A stretch of 64,000 nucleotides of DNA from Heptranchias perlo. Taxonomy: Eukaryota. This document shows, one piece after another, positions 11,376 through 23,609 of this stretch. The position numbers and the translations under genes are program-made. Under the pieces are notes generated by a model. It was not told the origin of the DNA and searched no databases. It worked only from the letters and a program-made list of their open reading frames with translations. The first letter of the stretch is position 1, and each line of letters opens with the position of its first letter. The stretch spans positions 62,001 to 126,000 of the forward strand of contig NW_027139256.1 of the NCBI RefSeq assembly GCF_035084215.1, given 5' to 3'.

Positions 11376-11826
11376 CTGTTTGTTGAATCACACAACCCGT
11401 TAGGACACCAGCGAGTTCACACAGGGAGAGACCGTTTAACTGTTCTGACTGTGGGAAGAGCTTCAATCGCTCCCAGGACCGGAAAAGACACCAAGGCATC
11501 CACACCGGGGAGAGTTCACCTCCGGAGTGCGTGGGAAGGGATTTCCTGGGACTTCCCACCTCCTCACACACCCCCTTTGTTGCCTCAGTGACTACCTTTG
11601 TCTGATTTACGCTCCTGCAAAAAGCGCCTTGGGAACGTTTACCTACGAAAGAGGCGCTCTCTGACCGCAAGTTGTTGTGTGTAGTGAGTTGGTGCATCAT
11701 TGTATCATACAGCACAGAAGGAGGCCATTTGGCCCATCCTGCCTGTGCCGGCTCTTTGAAAGAGCTATCCAATTAGTCCCACTCTCCCCAGTCCCCCATA
11801 GCCCTGTAAAGTTCAACCCTTCAAGT

Positions 11827-12503
11827 ATTTTTTTTTATTCGTTCATGGGATGTGGGCGTCGCTGGCGAGGCCGGCATTTATTGCCCATCCCTAATTGCCC
11901 CTTGAGAAGGTGGTGGTGAGCCGCCTTCTTGAACCGCTGCAGTCCGTGTGGTGAAGGTTCTCCTAAAGTGCTGTTAGGAAGGGAGTTCCAGGATTTTGAC
12001 CAAGCGACGATGAAGGAACGGCCGATATATTTCCAAGTCGGGATGGTGTGTGACTTGGAGGGGAACGTGCAGGTGTTGGTGTTCCCATGTGCCTGCTGCT
12101 CTTCTCCCTCTATGTGGTAGAGGTCGCGGGTTTGGGAGGTGCTGTCGAAGAAGCCTTGGCGAGTTGCTGCAGTGCATCCTGTGGATGGTACACACTGCAG
12201 CCACAGTGTACCAGTGGTGAAGGGAGTGAATGTTTAGGGTGGTGGATGGGGTGCCAATCAAGCGGGCTGCTTTGTCCTGGATGGTGTCGAGCTGCTTGAG
12301 TGTTGTTGGAGCTGCACTCATCCAGGCAAGTGGAGAGTATTCCATCACACTCCTGACTTGTGCCTTGTAGATGGTGGAAAGGCTTTGGGGAGTCAGGAGG
12401 TGAGTCACTCTCCGCAGAATACCCAGCCTCTGACCTGCTCTTGTAGCCACAGTATTTATGTGGCTGGTCCAGTTAAGTTTCTGGTCAATGGTGACCCCCA
12501 GGA
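11827..12503 (-). mobile_element. Non-LTR retrotransposon 3' portion (CR1/L2 group, clade uncertain)
   Basis: ORF 11974..12450 reads YKAQVRSVMEYSPLAW and ends in an A-rich tail. Near-identical to 36187..37043. Confidence 0.85.
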
Positions 12504-12693
12504 TATTTATCCAATTCCCTTTTGAAAGTTATTATTGAATTCAGGCAGTGAATTCCAGATCATCACAACTCGCTGCTTTATACACTATATGCCTCTTGCG
12601 TTATTTATATATTTTAATCTTAGTACCCCTTTAATTCCTATTGATTATTTCTCGGTTTGTTTACCCATTTTTAAGATAGTTATTTAATAATCA

Positions 12694-13016
12694 GGCTCCT
12701 TCGACAGCACCTCCCAAACCCGCGACCTCTACCACCTAGAAGGACAAGAGCAGCAGGCACATGGGAACAACACCACCTGCACGTTCCCCTCCAAGTCACA
12801 CACCATCCCGACTCGGAAATATATCGGCCGTTCCTTCAACGTCGCTGGGTCAAAATCCTGGAACTCCCTTCCTAACAGCGCTGTGGGAGAATCTTCACCA
12901 CACGGACTGCAGCGGTTCAAGAAGGGGCTCACCATCACCTTCTCGAGGGCAATTAGGGATGGGCAATAAATGCCGGCCTCGCCCGCGACGCCCACGTCCC
13001 ACGAACAAATTTTTTA
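12694..13016 (+). mobile_element. 3' end of the same LINE family in the opposite orientation
   Basis: Reverse complement of ~11835-12163. Confidence 0.85.
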
Positions 13017-13063
13017 AAAGAAAAGTCAGTGACTTTTGCAGATTTTCCTCACTCTCACTGGGG

Positions 13064-13125
13064 AATAAAAAGCATTCATCAGAATCCTGATTCTTGCCTA
13101 TTTCTGCAGCCTGTTTAAAGGGGTC
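13064..13125 (+). terminator. Conserved polyadenylation block of the cassette (copies at 16920, 31869, 49926 and 60648)
   Basis: aataaaaa(g)catt(a)atcaga..cctgat...ttctccagc.tgtttaaa recurs downstream of the ZNF genes. Confidence 0.65.
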
Positions 13126-13214
13126 TGGATAGGGATTGTGCTGTAAATATTTACATTTATATTATATTATATTTTATTTAGTTTGTTTAAATGGGGTGGA
13201 AAAAGCAACCTTCC

Positions 13215-13555
13215 AAACAGCCTTGTGTAAAATAAGGGGAATAAACCCCTCCTCCTCCCCCCAGACCCTGAACAAGGGCCTGCAGCAAGTCGTTGCCCTG
13301 ACGACCGAGCCGGCGCAAGTCCCGCCCCTCGGGAGCCCCCCGATTGGTTGGAGGACCCGCCGCCGTCCTCGGTCCTCCAGGCGACGCCCCCTCGCTCCCT
13401 ATTGGTCCGAAGCTCACGTCAATCACTCACACCCGAGGATCACGTGTCCTCCCTCCCCCTGAGAAGCATCACGTGCTCCGCCGAGGCTGAAATCCGCTCC
13501 GTCCGGTGCCCGGGGAACCCTCGCACTCTCCGGTTTAAATTTAACTTTTTTTTTT
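13215..13555 (+). promoter_or_regulatory. Conserved promoter-like module P1 (upstream of ZNF-B)
   Basis: Ordered motifs: GTTGCCCTGACGAC (RFX X-box-like), GC box, two ATTGG, TCACGTCA (CRE-like) and two CACGTG. CpG-rich. Confidence 0.7.
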
Positions 13556-13894
13556 AAGTCCCTCTCCCTCTCCCCCTCCTCACCTCCTATCGATTTAAAT
13601 CGGAATCGGAGAAATACTCAATTTTCCCCCTCATTGATTCCGACTCTGGGCCGGGCACCCACTGAGCATGCGCGGTGCCGACCGAGGCTGCCGGCTCCCC
13701 TCCCCTCTCTCTCCCCGTGCGCATGCGTGGAGCCAGCTGTCAATCAACCATCAAGGTCCCTGGGGAATTGTCCTCGTTCCATTTGTCTGAATAATACAAT
13801 CCCAATGTCCACCTCCTGGGTGAAAAACCCCACTTCTTATTCAGCAGCTTTGCTCATTTCCCTGACTCTCGGCTTGCACGTTCGCCTCCTCGTA

Positions 13895-14727
13895 TTCTCC
13901 GGAGTTTCGAAGGTTAAGGGGCGATCTGATCGAAGTTTATAAGATATTAAGGGGAACGGATAGGGCGGAGAGAGAGAAACTATTTCCGCTGGTTGGGGAT
14001 TCTAGGAGTAGGGGGCACAGTCTAAAAATTAGAGCCAGGCCTTTCAGGAGCGAGATCGGAAAACATTTCTACACACAAAGGGTGGTGGAAGTTTGGAACT
14101 CTCTTCCGCAAACGGCAATTGATACTAGCTCAATTGCTAAATTTAAATCTGAGATAGATAGCTTTTTGGCAACCAAAGGTATTAAGGGATATGGGCCAAA
14201 GGCAGGTATATGGAGTTAGATCACAGATCAGCCATGATCTTATCAAATGGCGGAGCAGGCACGAGGGGCTGAATGGCCTCCTCCTGTTCCTATGTTCATC
14301 CCAAACTACGAGGCGAGATTGCACAAACTGGAGTTGTATTCCCTGGAATTTAGAAGATTATGGGGTGATTTGATCGAAGTTTTCAAGATAACTGATAGTT
14401 TCTCTCTATCCACCCTATTTCCGCTGGTTGGGGAGTCTCGGACGAGGGGACAGAGCCTAAAAATGAGAGCCAGGACGTTCAGGAGTGATGTCAGGAAACA
14501 CTTCTACACGCAAAGGGTGGTAGAGGTTTGGAACTCCCTTCTGCAAGCGGCAGTTGATGCTAGCTTAATTGTAAATCTGAGCCTGATCGATTTTTGTTAA
14601 CCCGAAGGCAGTAAGAGATATGGGGCTAAGGCAGGTATATGGAGTTAGGTCACAGGTCAGCCATGATCACATTGAATGGCGGAACAGGCTCGAGGGGCTG
14701 AATGGCCTCCTCCTGTTCCTATGTTCC
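13895..14727 (+). mobile_element. Two tandem CR1 3' fragments
   Basis: RRLRGDLIEV...FYTQRVVEVWNSL occurs twice, each followed by a cctcctcctgttcctatgttc end. Confidence 0.88.
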
Positions 14728-14935
14728 CTACCCTGACTCCTCTTCCTGCTAACATGCTGATTTGAAAGCCTGTTTATTGCTCTTTAAAGAAAATTAGCAA
14801 AAAGAAATGAAAACATGCTCTTACCCTTTCTAAACTCACTTTACAGGGTATTACAAGTGGAGCATTTACAGACAGGAAGCTGAAACCAGAATTCGCTCGA
14901 TTCATCAGGACCTGAATATCATCGGCCTTTTGCAC

Positions 14936-15979
14936 ATGGAAGGAGAGAGCACCGTTCGCAGCCCGGACAAACCGTACACGTGTTCCGTGTGTGGACATGG
15001 ATTCCACCGATCGTCCCAACTGGACAGCCACATGGGCAGGCACACGGGGGAGAGACGGTATGAATGTGGCGAGTGCGGGAAGGGATTCATTTACATGTCC
15101 TCGCTGTCGAGGCACAAACGCAGTCACACCGGAGAGAGACAGTATAAATGTGAGGACTGCGGGAAGGGATTAATTTACCCGCACCAGCTCACGAGCCACA
15201 AGAGCAGTCACGCCAGGAACCGACAGTATAAATGTGGGGACTGCGGGAAGGGATTAATTCACCCGCCTCAGCTGGCGGCTGATAAACGCAATGATGCCGG
15301 GGCGAGAGGGTGTAAATGCGGGGACTGCGGGAAGGAATTCAATTTCCCGTACGAGCTGGAAATCCATCGGCGCAGCCACACCGGGGAGAGGCCGTTCACC
15401 TGCTCCGAGTGCGGGAAGGGATTCGCCCAGTCGTCCAGCCTGCTCAAACACCGGAAGGTTCACACCGACGAGAGGCCGTTCAGCTGCTCGCGCTGCGGGA
15501 AGAGGGTTCGGAGCTCAGCCGACCTGCTGAAACATCGGCGGGTCCACACGGGGGAGAGGCCGTTCACCTGCTCCGTGTGCGGGCAGGGATTCACTCAGTC
15601 GTCTGGCCTGTTCGCGCACCGGCGTATTCACACCGGGGAGAGGCCGTTCACCTGCCCCGTGTGTGGGAAGGGTTTTGTTTATTCATCCCACCTGGTGCGA
15701 CACCAGAGTGTTCACACCGGGGAGAGGCCGTTCACCTGCTCCACGTGCGGGAAGGGATTCAGTCAGTCGTCTGGCCTGTTCGAGCACCGGCGAGTTCACA
15801 CCGGGGAGAAACCGTTCGCCTGCTCCGTGTGCGGGAAAACGTTCGCTCGGCCGTCCCACCTGCTGAGACACCAGCAACTTCACACCGGAGAGAGACCGTT
15901 CACCTGCTCCGTGTGCGGGAAGGGATTCACTCAGTCCTCCCACTTGCTGAGACACCAGCGAGTTCACACCGGAGAGTAG
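14936..15979 (+). CDS. C2H2 zinc-finger protein B (12 fingers; finger 4 lacks both His)
   Basis: ORF track; acceptor ttacag| at 14846; ATG at 14936. Confidence 0.9.
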   Translation: MEGESTVRSPDKPYTCSVCGHGFHRSSQLDSHMGRHTGERRYECGECGKGFIYMSSLSRHKRSHTGERQYKCEDCGKGLIYPHQLTSHKSSHARNRQYKCGDCGKGLIHPPQLAADKRNDAGARGCKCGDCGKEFNFPYELEIHRRSHTGERPFTCSECGKGFAQSSSLLKHRKVHTDERPFSCSRCGKRVRSSADLLKHRRVHTGERPFTCSVCGQGFTQSSGLFAHRRIHTGERPFTCPVCGKGFVYSSHLVRHQSVHTGERPFTCSTCGKGFSQSSGLFEHRRVHTGEKPFACSVCGKTFARPSHLLRHQQLHTGERPFTCSVCGKGFTQSSHLLRHQRVHTGE

Positions 15980-16419
15980 CTGTTCGCCGAGTCATCCAAA
16001 CCTGCTTACACAACAGCGAGTGCACGCCGGAGAGAGAGACCGAGAGACCGTCCGGCTGCTCCGTCTGTGGGAAGGGATTCACTCAGTCCTCCCACCTTGT
16101 CTGGACACCGGTGGGTTCACGCTGCGGAGCGACCGTGGGAAGAGCTTTAAAAGCTCCCAGGCCCTGAACAGACACCAAGGCATCCATACCGGGGAGAGTT
16201 CACCTGCGGAGTGCGTGGGAAGGGATTTCCTGGGACATCCCACCTCCTCACACACCCCCTCCGTTGCCTCATTGACTGCCGTTGTCTGATTTCCGCTCCT
16301 GCGAAGCACCGTCGGACATTTTCCAATGATAAAGGCACCGTATAAATGGAAGTTGTTGTTAATCCTGAACGTGAGGAACAGTAAAAGGCCCCATTCAGTG
16401 AGGTGACTGGGAGTGAAGG

Positions 16420-16700
16420 AACATCGGAACAGGAGGAGGCCGTTCAGCCCCTCGAGCCTGTTCCGCCATTCAGTGCGATCACGTCTGATCTGTATCCTAA
16501 CTCCATCCGCCCACCTTGGTTCCATATCCCTTAATACCCTCGGCTAGCAAAAATCTATCGCTCTCCGATTTTAAAATGATTAATTGAGCTGGCGACTACT
16601 CCTTTTTGTGGGAGAGAGTTCTACACTTCTACCGCCCTTTGTGTGAAGAAGTGTTTCCGAACTTCTCTCCTCAATGGCCCGGCTCTGATTTTAAGGTTAA
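16420..16700 (-). mobile_element. CR1 3' end in the 3' flank; paralogous copy at 20770..21050
   Basis: CR1 3' UTR and RKHFFTQR motif on the minus strand. Confidence 0.8.
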
Positions 16701-16994
16701 GTCCGAGACTCCGTGTTTGTCCCACTGTCTCAGAAGGGGCCCAGTCCTGTCCTCACCCCCCCCCCCCCCGATCTCCACACAGGCACTTTTCAGCAGCACC
16801 CCGGGGTAACAATCAGCAGATTGGATCCACGAGCTTCCCACACTTCCCGACGTGTCCTCACGCTGGTAACTATCGACACCAATCTCACGGTCACTGTGTG
16901 TGGTGGGTCGTGTAATATGAATAAAAACCATTAAGCGGACGTCTCAGTGTTTCCTCGTTCTCCAGCTTATTTAAAGGGTTAAATAAAACCTCAG

Positions 16995-17480
16995 AGAGGG
17001 TGCAGAGGAGATTTACGAGAATGGTTCCAGGGATGAGGGACTTCAGTTATGTGGAGAGACTGGAGAAGCTGGGATTGTTCTCCTCAGAGCAGAGAAGGTT
17101 AAGGGGAGATTTGATCGAGGGGTTCAAAATCAGGAAGGGTTTTGAGAGAGTCAATAAGGAGAGACTGTTTCCAGGGGGCAGGAGGGTCGGTAACCAGAGG
17201 ACACGGATTTAAGGTGATCGGCAAAAGAGCCAGAGGGGGAGATGAGGGGAATGTTTTTTTAGGCAGCGAGTTGTGATGATCTGGAATTCACTGCCTGAAA
17301 GGGCGGTGGGAACAGATTCAATAATAACTTTCAAAAGGGAATCGGATAAATACTTGAAAAGGAAAAGATTTGCAGTGAAATGCGGGGGGAAAGAGCAGCG
17401 GGGAAGTGGGACTAGTTGCACAGCTCTTGAAAAGGGTGGGCACAGCCCCGATGGGCCGAGCAGCCTCCTCCTGCACTCTG
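16995..17480 (+). mobile_element. CR1 3' fragment
   Basis: QRRFTRMVPGMRDFSYVERLEKLGLFS...IWNSLPE. Confidence 0.88.
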
Positions 17481-17485
17481 AGATT

Positions 17486-17756
17486 CAGCAAGTCGTTGCC
17501 CTGCCGACCAGCCGGCGCAAGTCCCGCCCCTCGGGCGCTCCCCGATTGGTTGGAGGACCCGCTGCCGCCGCCGCCCTCGGTCCTCCAGGCGCCGCCCCCT
17601 CGCTCCCTATTGGTCCGAAGCTCACGTCAATCACCCACCCCCGGGATCACGTGTCCTCCCCCACCCCGAGAAGGATCACCTGCTCCGCGAGGCTGAATCT
17701 GCTGCGTTCGGTGCCCGGGGAACCCTCGCACTCTCCAGTTTGGCGGGTTTTTTTTT
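17486..17756 (+). promoter_or_regulatory. Conserved promoter-like module P2 (upstream of ZNF-C)
   Basis: Same ordered motifs as P1. Confidence 0.7.
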
Positions 17757-18507
17757 ACCTCATTTATCTCTCCCTCTCCCTTCTCCCCTCTCTCTCTCTC
17801 TGATAAAACTCACTTTCCGCTGGTGATTCGGACTCTCAACCGTTACCGGCCTGACCCTGCGCTCGACACGCCCGCGCACTGCCCCGCTCCGTCTTGACTC
17901 CTCCTCCTCCTCCTCCTCCTCCCCCGAGCATGCTCACTGGCCCGCGGTTCCCCAATGCCCATTTCTGGTCCTTTGCAAACAAGTTCTCTGATTCCCTGGT
18001 TCAGTGTGTGGGGCATCGTCTGGTGCGGAGAAGTTGCTCTAACCTCCCCCTCGGGTTGCTTCTGTCGTGATTTTATGTTTGTGAAACCAAAACAAGTTTG
18101 CAGGGCTATGGGGGGGGGGGGGGGGGGGGAGAGCAAGGTGGGGGGAGACTGGACAGCTGTTTCAAAGAGCGGGCACAGGCACGATGGGCCGAATGTCCTC
18201 CAGTGTTGTACGATTGTTTACTAACAAATGGAAGCAACCCATCGTTTACCTTTTTATCAATAACCCTTCATGATCTTGAAGACCTCTCTCAGCCTGGCCC
18301 CTCAAACCTTCCCGGCTTCAGGGGAAAAACGCCCCAAACTTCTCAAACCTCTTAATAACTGTAACCCTGCCTCCCCCTACACCCCCCCTCGCCCCCACCA
18401 CGCCCCCATCCTCCCTCCCTCCCCTTCCCCTCCCCTACATCCCCTCTCCCCCTCCCCTACACCCCACCACACCCCCCTCCCTCCCTCCCTCTCCCTTCCC
18501 CATTGCT

Positions 18508-18842
18508 AATGTAAGGAATCTTACAACACCAGGTTATAGTCCAACAGTTTTATTTGAAAATCACAAGCTTTCGGAGGCTTCCTCCTTCGTCAGGTGAGTG
18601 TGGGATTCCGTGAAGGTTACCGCATATATAGTCAGAGAACAATGCCTGGTGATTACAGATAATCTTTCCAACTGCCCGTTGTCAAGGCAATCAGACTGAG
18701 AGACATTACATACAGGACCACCGAATACACAAACGGTCCGAACCCAAAGACAGAGAGAGAGAGAAACATCCGAAAGGAAGAGAAAGAGAGAGAATGACCA
18801 GTTGTATTAAAAACAGATAACTTTTTTTCACTGGTGGGGTTG
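18508..18842 (-). mobile_element. Penelope-like element, family 1, terminal fragment
   Basis: Same sequence as the terminus of the GIY-YIG-bearing copy at 60887..61439. Contains a hammerhead motif. Confidence 0.8.
18561..18597 (-). ncRNA. Minimal hammerhead ribozyme motif
   Basis: Minus strand reads ucac-CUGACGA-a-ggagg/aag/ccucc-GAAA-gcuu-guga. Confidence 0.85.
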
Positions 18843-19600
18843 CTAGACAAACTGGGTTGCACCTTTTCCGGTGCTTTTGTATCAAATGGAGTGAAAGGAA
18901 GAAATGACGAACTTGCCTTCACACCGCGCCTTTCACGACCCCAGGACGTCGCAAAGTGCTTCAGCCAGTGAGTTTCTTTTTGTGACGTACAGTCCCTGTT
19001 GTAATATAGGGAAAGGCGGCAGTCGGTTTATGCTCAGACCCTCCGCTATTTCTTCCCCAGCTTCCCTCAGGATCCTCGGGTGTAAACCACCAGGTCCCCG
19101 GGATTTGTCCACCTTCAGTTGGAGGAAGTTCTTCAGTCCCATTTCTGTGTCAATAATAACCTCCACTAACAGTTCCCCACCCACCTCTGGTGGTTCGACA
19201 ATCCCAATATCCACCTCCTGGGTGAACACAGGGGCCGAGTTCTTATTTAGCATCTTTTGTCCTTCCCCGACTCCCCACTTACACACTCGCCTCCCTCATC
19301 TCTACCCTGACTCTCCTCCTCCTGCTAATGTGTCTGTAGAAAGCCTGTTTATTGCTCCTTGAAGACAATTAGCGAGATGAACACATGCTCCCTCTTACCC
19401 TTTCTAAATTCGTTTTACAGGTTATTACAAGTGGAGCATTTACAGACAGGAAGCTCAAACTGAAACTCGCCCGACTCGTCAGGACCTGAATATCATCGGC
19501 CTTTGCACCTGGAAGGAGAGAGCACCGATCGCAGCACCGACCGCAGTTCGGACAAACCGCACACGTGTTCCGTGCGTGGACGCGGATTTACCCAATCCAC

Positions 19601-20613
<1,013 letters not shown>

Positions 20614-21519
20614 TGACTACCTTTGTCTGATTTACGCTCCTGCGAAGAGCCTTGGGACGTTTTTCTACGAGAAAGGCACCGTATAAATGCAAGTTGTTGT
20701 TAATCCTGAACACGAGAGAACGTGCGGAACAATAAAAGGCCCCATTCAGTGAGGTGACTGGGAGTGAAGGAACACAGGAACAGGAGGAGGCCGTTCAGCC
20801 CCTCGAGCCTGTTCCGCCATTCAGTGAGATCACGTCTGATCTGTATCCTGACTCCATCTGCCCGCCTTGGCTCCATATCCCTTAATACCCTCGACTAGCA
20901 AAAATCTATCGATCTCCGATTTAAAATGATTTACTGAGCTGGCGCCTACTGCTTTTTGTGGGAGAGAGTTCCACATTTGTACCACCCTTTGCGTGAAGAA
21001 GTGTTTCCGAACTTCTCTCCTCAATGGCCCGGCTCTGATTTTGAGGTTAAGTCCCAGACTCCGAGTTTGTCCCACTGTCTCAAGGGGCCTAGTCCTGTCC
21101 TCACCCCACCCCGATCTCCACACACAGGCTCTTTTCAGCAGATCTCACTGGGGTGGCAATTGTGCCATTTGTCGGCGGAGGTTGACCGGGTGGAAAGATT
21201 AACCCTTGTAATTCTAAATAGCCTTAATAAACATTTTGTTAAAGTATTAAACACACTCGCACATTAGACTAAAACCTGCAGCATAAACAAATTGTGAGGG
21301 GGTCACATTCAGGAGCAGATTAGAACCTGAGGAACAAGCACTAATGGGAAGAAGAATCTGCAAGTTCGGAGTCAGGTGGTCAGCAGAGAATCAGGAGACA
21401 AACTGAATACACTGAGTCATGGGGAATGTATCAGACAAAGATAAGATAATGAAGGACACACTGTGAAAAGAGCAATGGACAAAGAATAGATGCAGACATG
21501 CTGAAAAGAATTACATTGA

Positions 21520-22205
21520 TTGTGGGGGGAATCCAAAACTAGGGGTCATAAATACAAGAGAGTCACTAATAAATCCAATGAGGAATTCAGGAGAAACTTC
21601 TTTACTCAGACAGCGGTGAAAATGTGGAACTCGCTCCCACAAGGAGCAGATGAGGCAAATGGTTTAGATGCATTTAAGGGGGAAGCTGGACAGACACGCG
21701 AGGCAGAAAGGAATGGAAGGATATGCTGACAGAGAGAGATGAGGCTCGCGTGGAGCGTAAACGCCAGCAGAGGCCAGTTGGGCCGAATGGCCTGTTTCTG
21801 TGCTGTAAATTCCACGGATGACAAAGGAAATGGAGGTCAAAATAAAACAGGAAAAGGAGGTTTATGACAAATGTCAGGTAGAGGATACAGTAGAAAAAAA
21901 CAGGCAGAATACGGAGAGTGCAGAGGGAAATTGAAAAAAAGGACACAAGAAGGGCAAAGAGAGAATATGAGAAAAGATTAGCGGGTAACATAAAAGGGGA
22001 CCCCAAAAATCTTTTACAAACATAAAAAGTAAAAGGGTAGTTGAAGGAACGGTGGGGCCGATTAGGGACAAGAGAGGAAATCTTGAGGAGACAGAGGGCA
22101 TGGCTGAGGAACTGAAGGAGGACTTTGCATCTGTCTTCACAAAAGAAAAGGATGGAGTTAATGTCACAGTAGGAGAGGGGGGAGTAGAGATATTGGAGAG
22201 GATAA
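21520..22205 (+). mobile_element. CR1 fragments (3' end, then an internal ORF2 piece)
   Basis: RRNFFTQTAVKMWNSLPQ; AKREYEKRLAGNIKG..VGPIRD..FASVFTKE. Confidence 0.8.
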
Positions 22206-22526
22206 AAAATTCAATTAAATAAATAAAATCTGGAATTAAGAAAAATGCTAGTGTTAGTAATGGTGGCCATGAAACTACTGGATTGTCATAAAAACCCATC
22301 TGGTTCACTAATGGCCTTTAGGGGAGGAAACCTGCCGTCCTTACCGGTCTGGCCTGTATGTGACTCCAGACCCACAGCAATGTGGTTGATTCTTAATCGC
22401 CCTCTGAAATGGCCGAGCAAGCCACTCAGTTGTTCAAGAAGGCGGCTCACCACCACCTTCTCAACGGCAGTTAGGGATGGGCAATAAATGCCGGCCTCGC
22501 CCACATCCCATGAACGAATAAAAAAC
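22205..22526 (+). mobile_element. 5'-truncated SINE whose 3' tail is shared with the LINE at 36187..37043
   Basis: Distinct central body (ggattgtcataaaaacccatctggttcactaatg...) followed by ttcaagaaggcggctcaccaccaccttctcaa...cccatgaacgaataaaaaa. Confidence 0.75.
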
Positions 22527-22789
22527 AAACTTTCCCACTCTTCCTTAAATGCCGGAAACTAATAATAAAAACCCCGTAGGGTAAAAACAAAATCAAGTAT
22601 TTTTACCCTCCAACGATTAAATTGTCCCGCGGAAGCTCGGGGGGGTGGGGGGTTTCTGCCTTTATTAACGAATTTTAAAAAATCTACAATAGCACCGCGG
22701 GGCAGGATCCGCAAGAATTTCAGCGATATTCGCCGTCCGAGGGCAGTAAACGAACTGTTGTGGACAGGGGAAGGATTGATTCGCCTTTC

Positions 22790-23115
22790 GTTTGAATTCA
22801 AGCCGGAGACGAACTAGGGTGATCGTCAAAGGAACCGGATGAGGGAGCCGAGGAATTTCGTTTAATTTTAGGCGGCGAGTCGTGACGACGATCTGGAATC
22901 GGCTGCCTGAAAGGAAAGGGCGGTGGAAAAGCAGATTCAATAATAACTTTCAAAAAAGGGAATCGGATAAATACTTGAAAAGGAAGAAATAAAAAAAATT
23001 TTTTTTTGCAGGGTTTACGGCGGGGAAGTGGGGCTAGTTGCACAGCTCTTTAAAAGGGCGGGCACGGCCCCTATGGGCCGAGCGGCCTCCTCCTCCTCCT
23101 CCTCCTGCGCTCTGA
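22790..23115 (+). mobile_element. Degraded CR1 3' end, paralogous to 17200..17480
   Basis: Same sequence and the same junction into the promoter module. Confidence 0.7.
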
Positions 23116-23117
23116 GA

Positions 23118-23378
23118 TGCAGCGAGTCGTTGCCCTGACGACCGGGCCGGCGCGCAAGTCCCGCCCCTCGGGCGCGCCCCCCGATTGGTTGGAGGACCCG
23201 CCGCCGCCCTCGGTCCTCCAGGCGCCGCCCCCTCGCTCCCTATTGGTCCGAAGCTCACGTCAATCACCCCGCGTACCACGTGTCCCTCCCTGGGAAGGAT
23301 CACGTGCTCCGCCGAGGCTGAATCCGCTCCGTCCGGTGCCCGGGGAACCCTCGCGCTCTCCGGTTTGGCGGGTTTTTA
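23118..23378 (+). promoter_or_regulatory. Conserved promoter-like module P3 (upstream of ZNF-D)
   Basis: Same ordered motifs as P1. Confidence 0.7.
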
Positions 23379-23609
23379 CTTTATTTAATTCCCCCCCCCC
23401 CCCCCCGCTTTAATTTATCTTCAAACTCGCCCCCCCCCCTCCCCCTCCCTCTGCTTCAGTGAAAAGTAAAAAAGGGACCCAAAGTTTGCAGGTCAATAAT
23501 TGCTCGGTGATCCGGGTCGCACCTTTTCCGGTCACTTTGCATCAAAATGGAGACGAGGGATGTAATAAAGATCTTGCAATTGAGACAGCGCCCGTTCACC
23601 ACCAGTGAG

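Noticed and set aside
13289-13480. Module read as an MHC-type SXY box or ERSE
   Set aside because: It has RFX-, CRE- and NF-Y-like motifs, but their order, spacing and orientation do not fit SXY or CCAAT-N9-CCACG.
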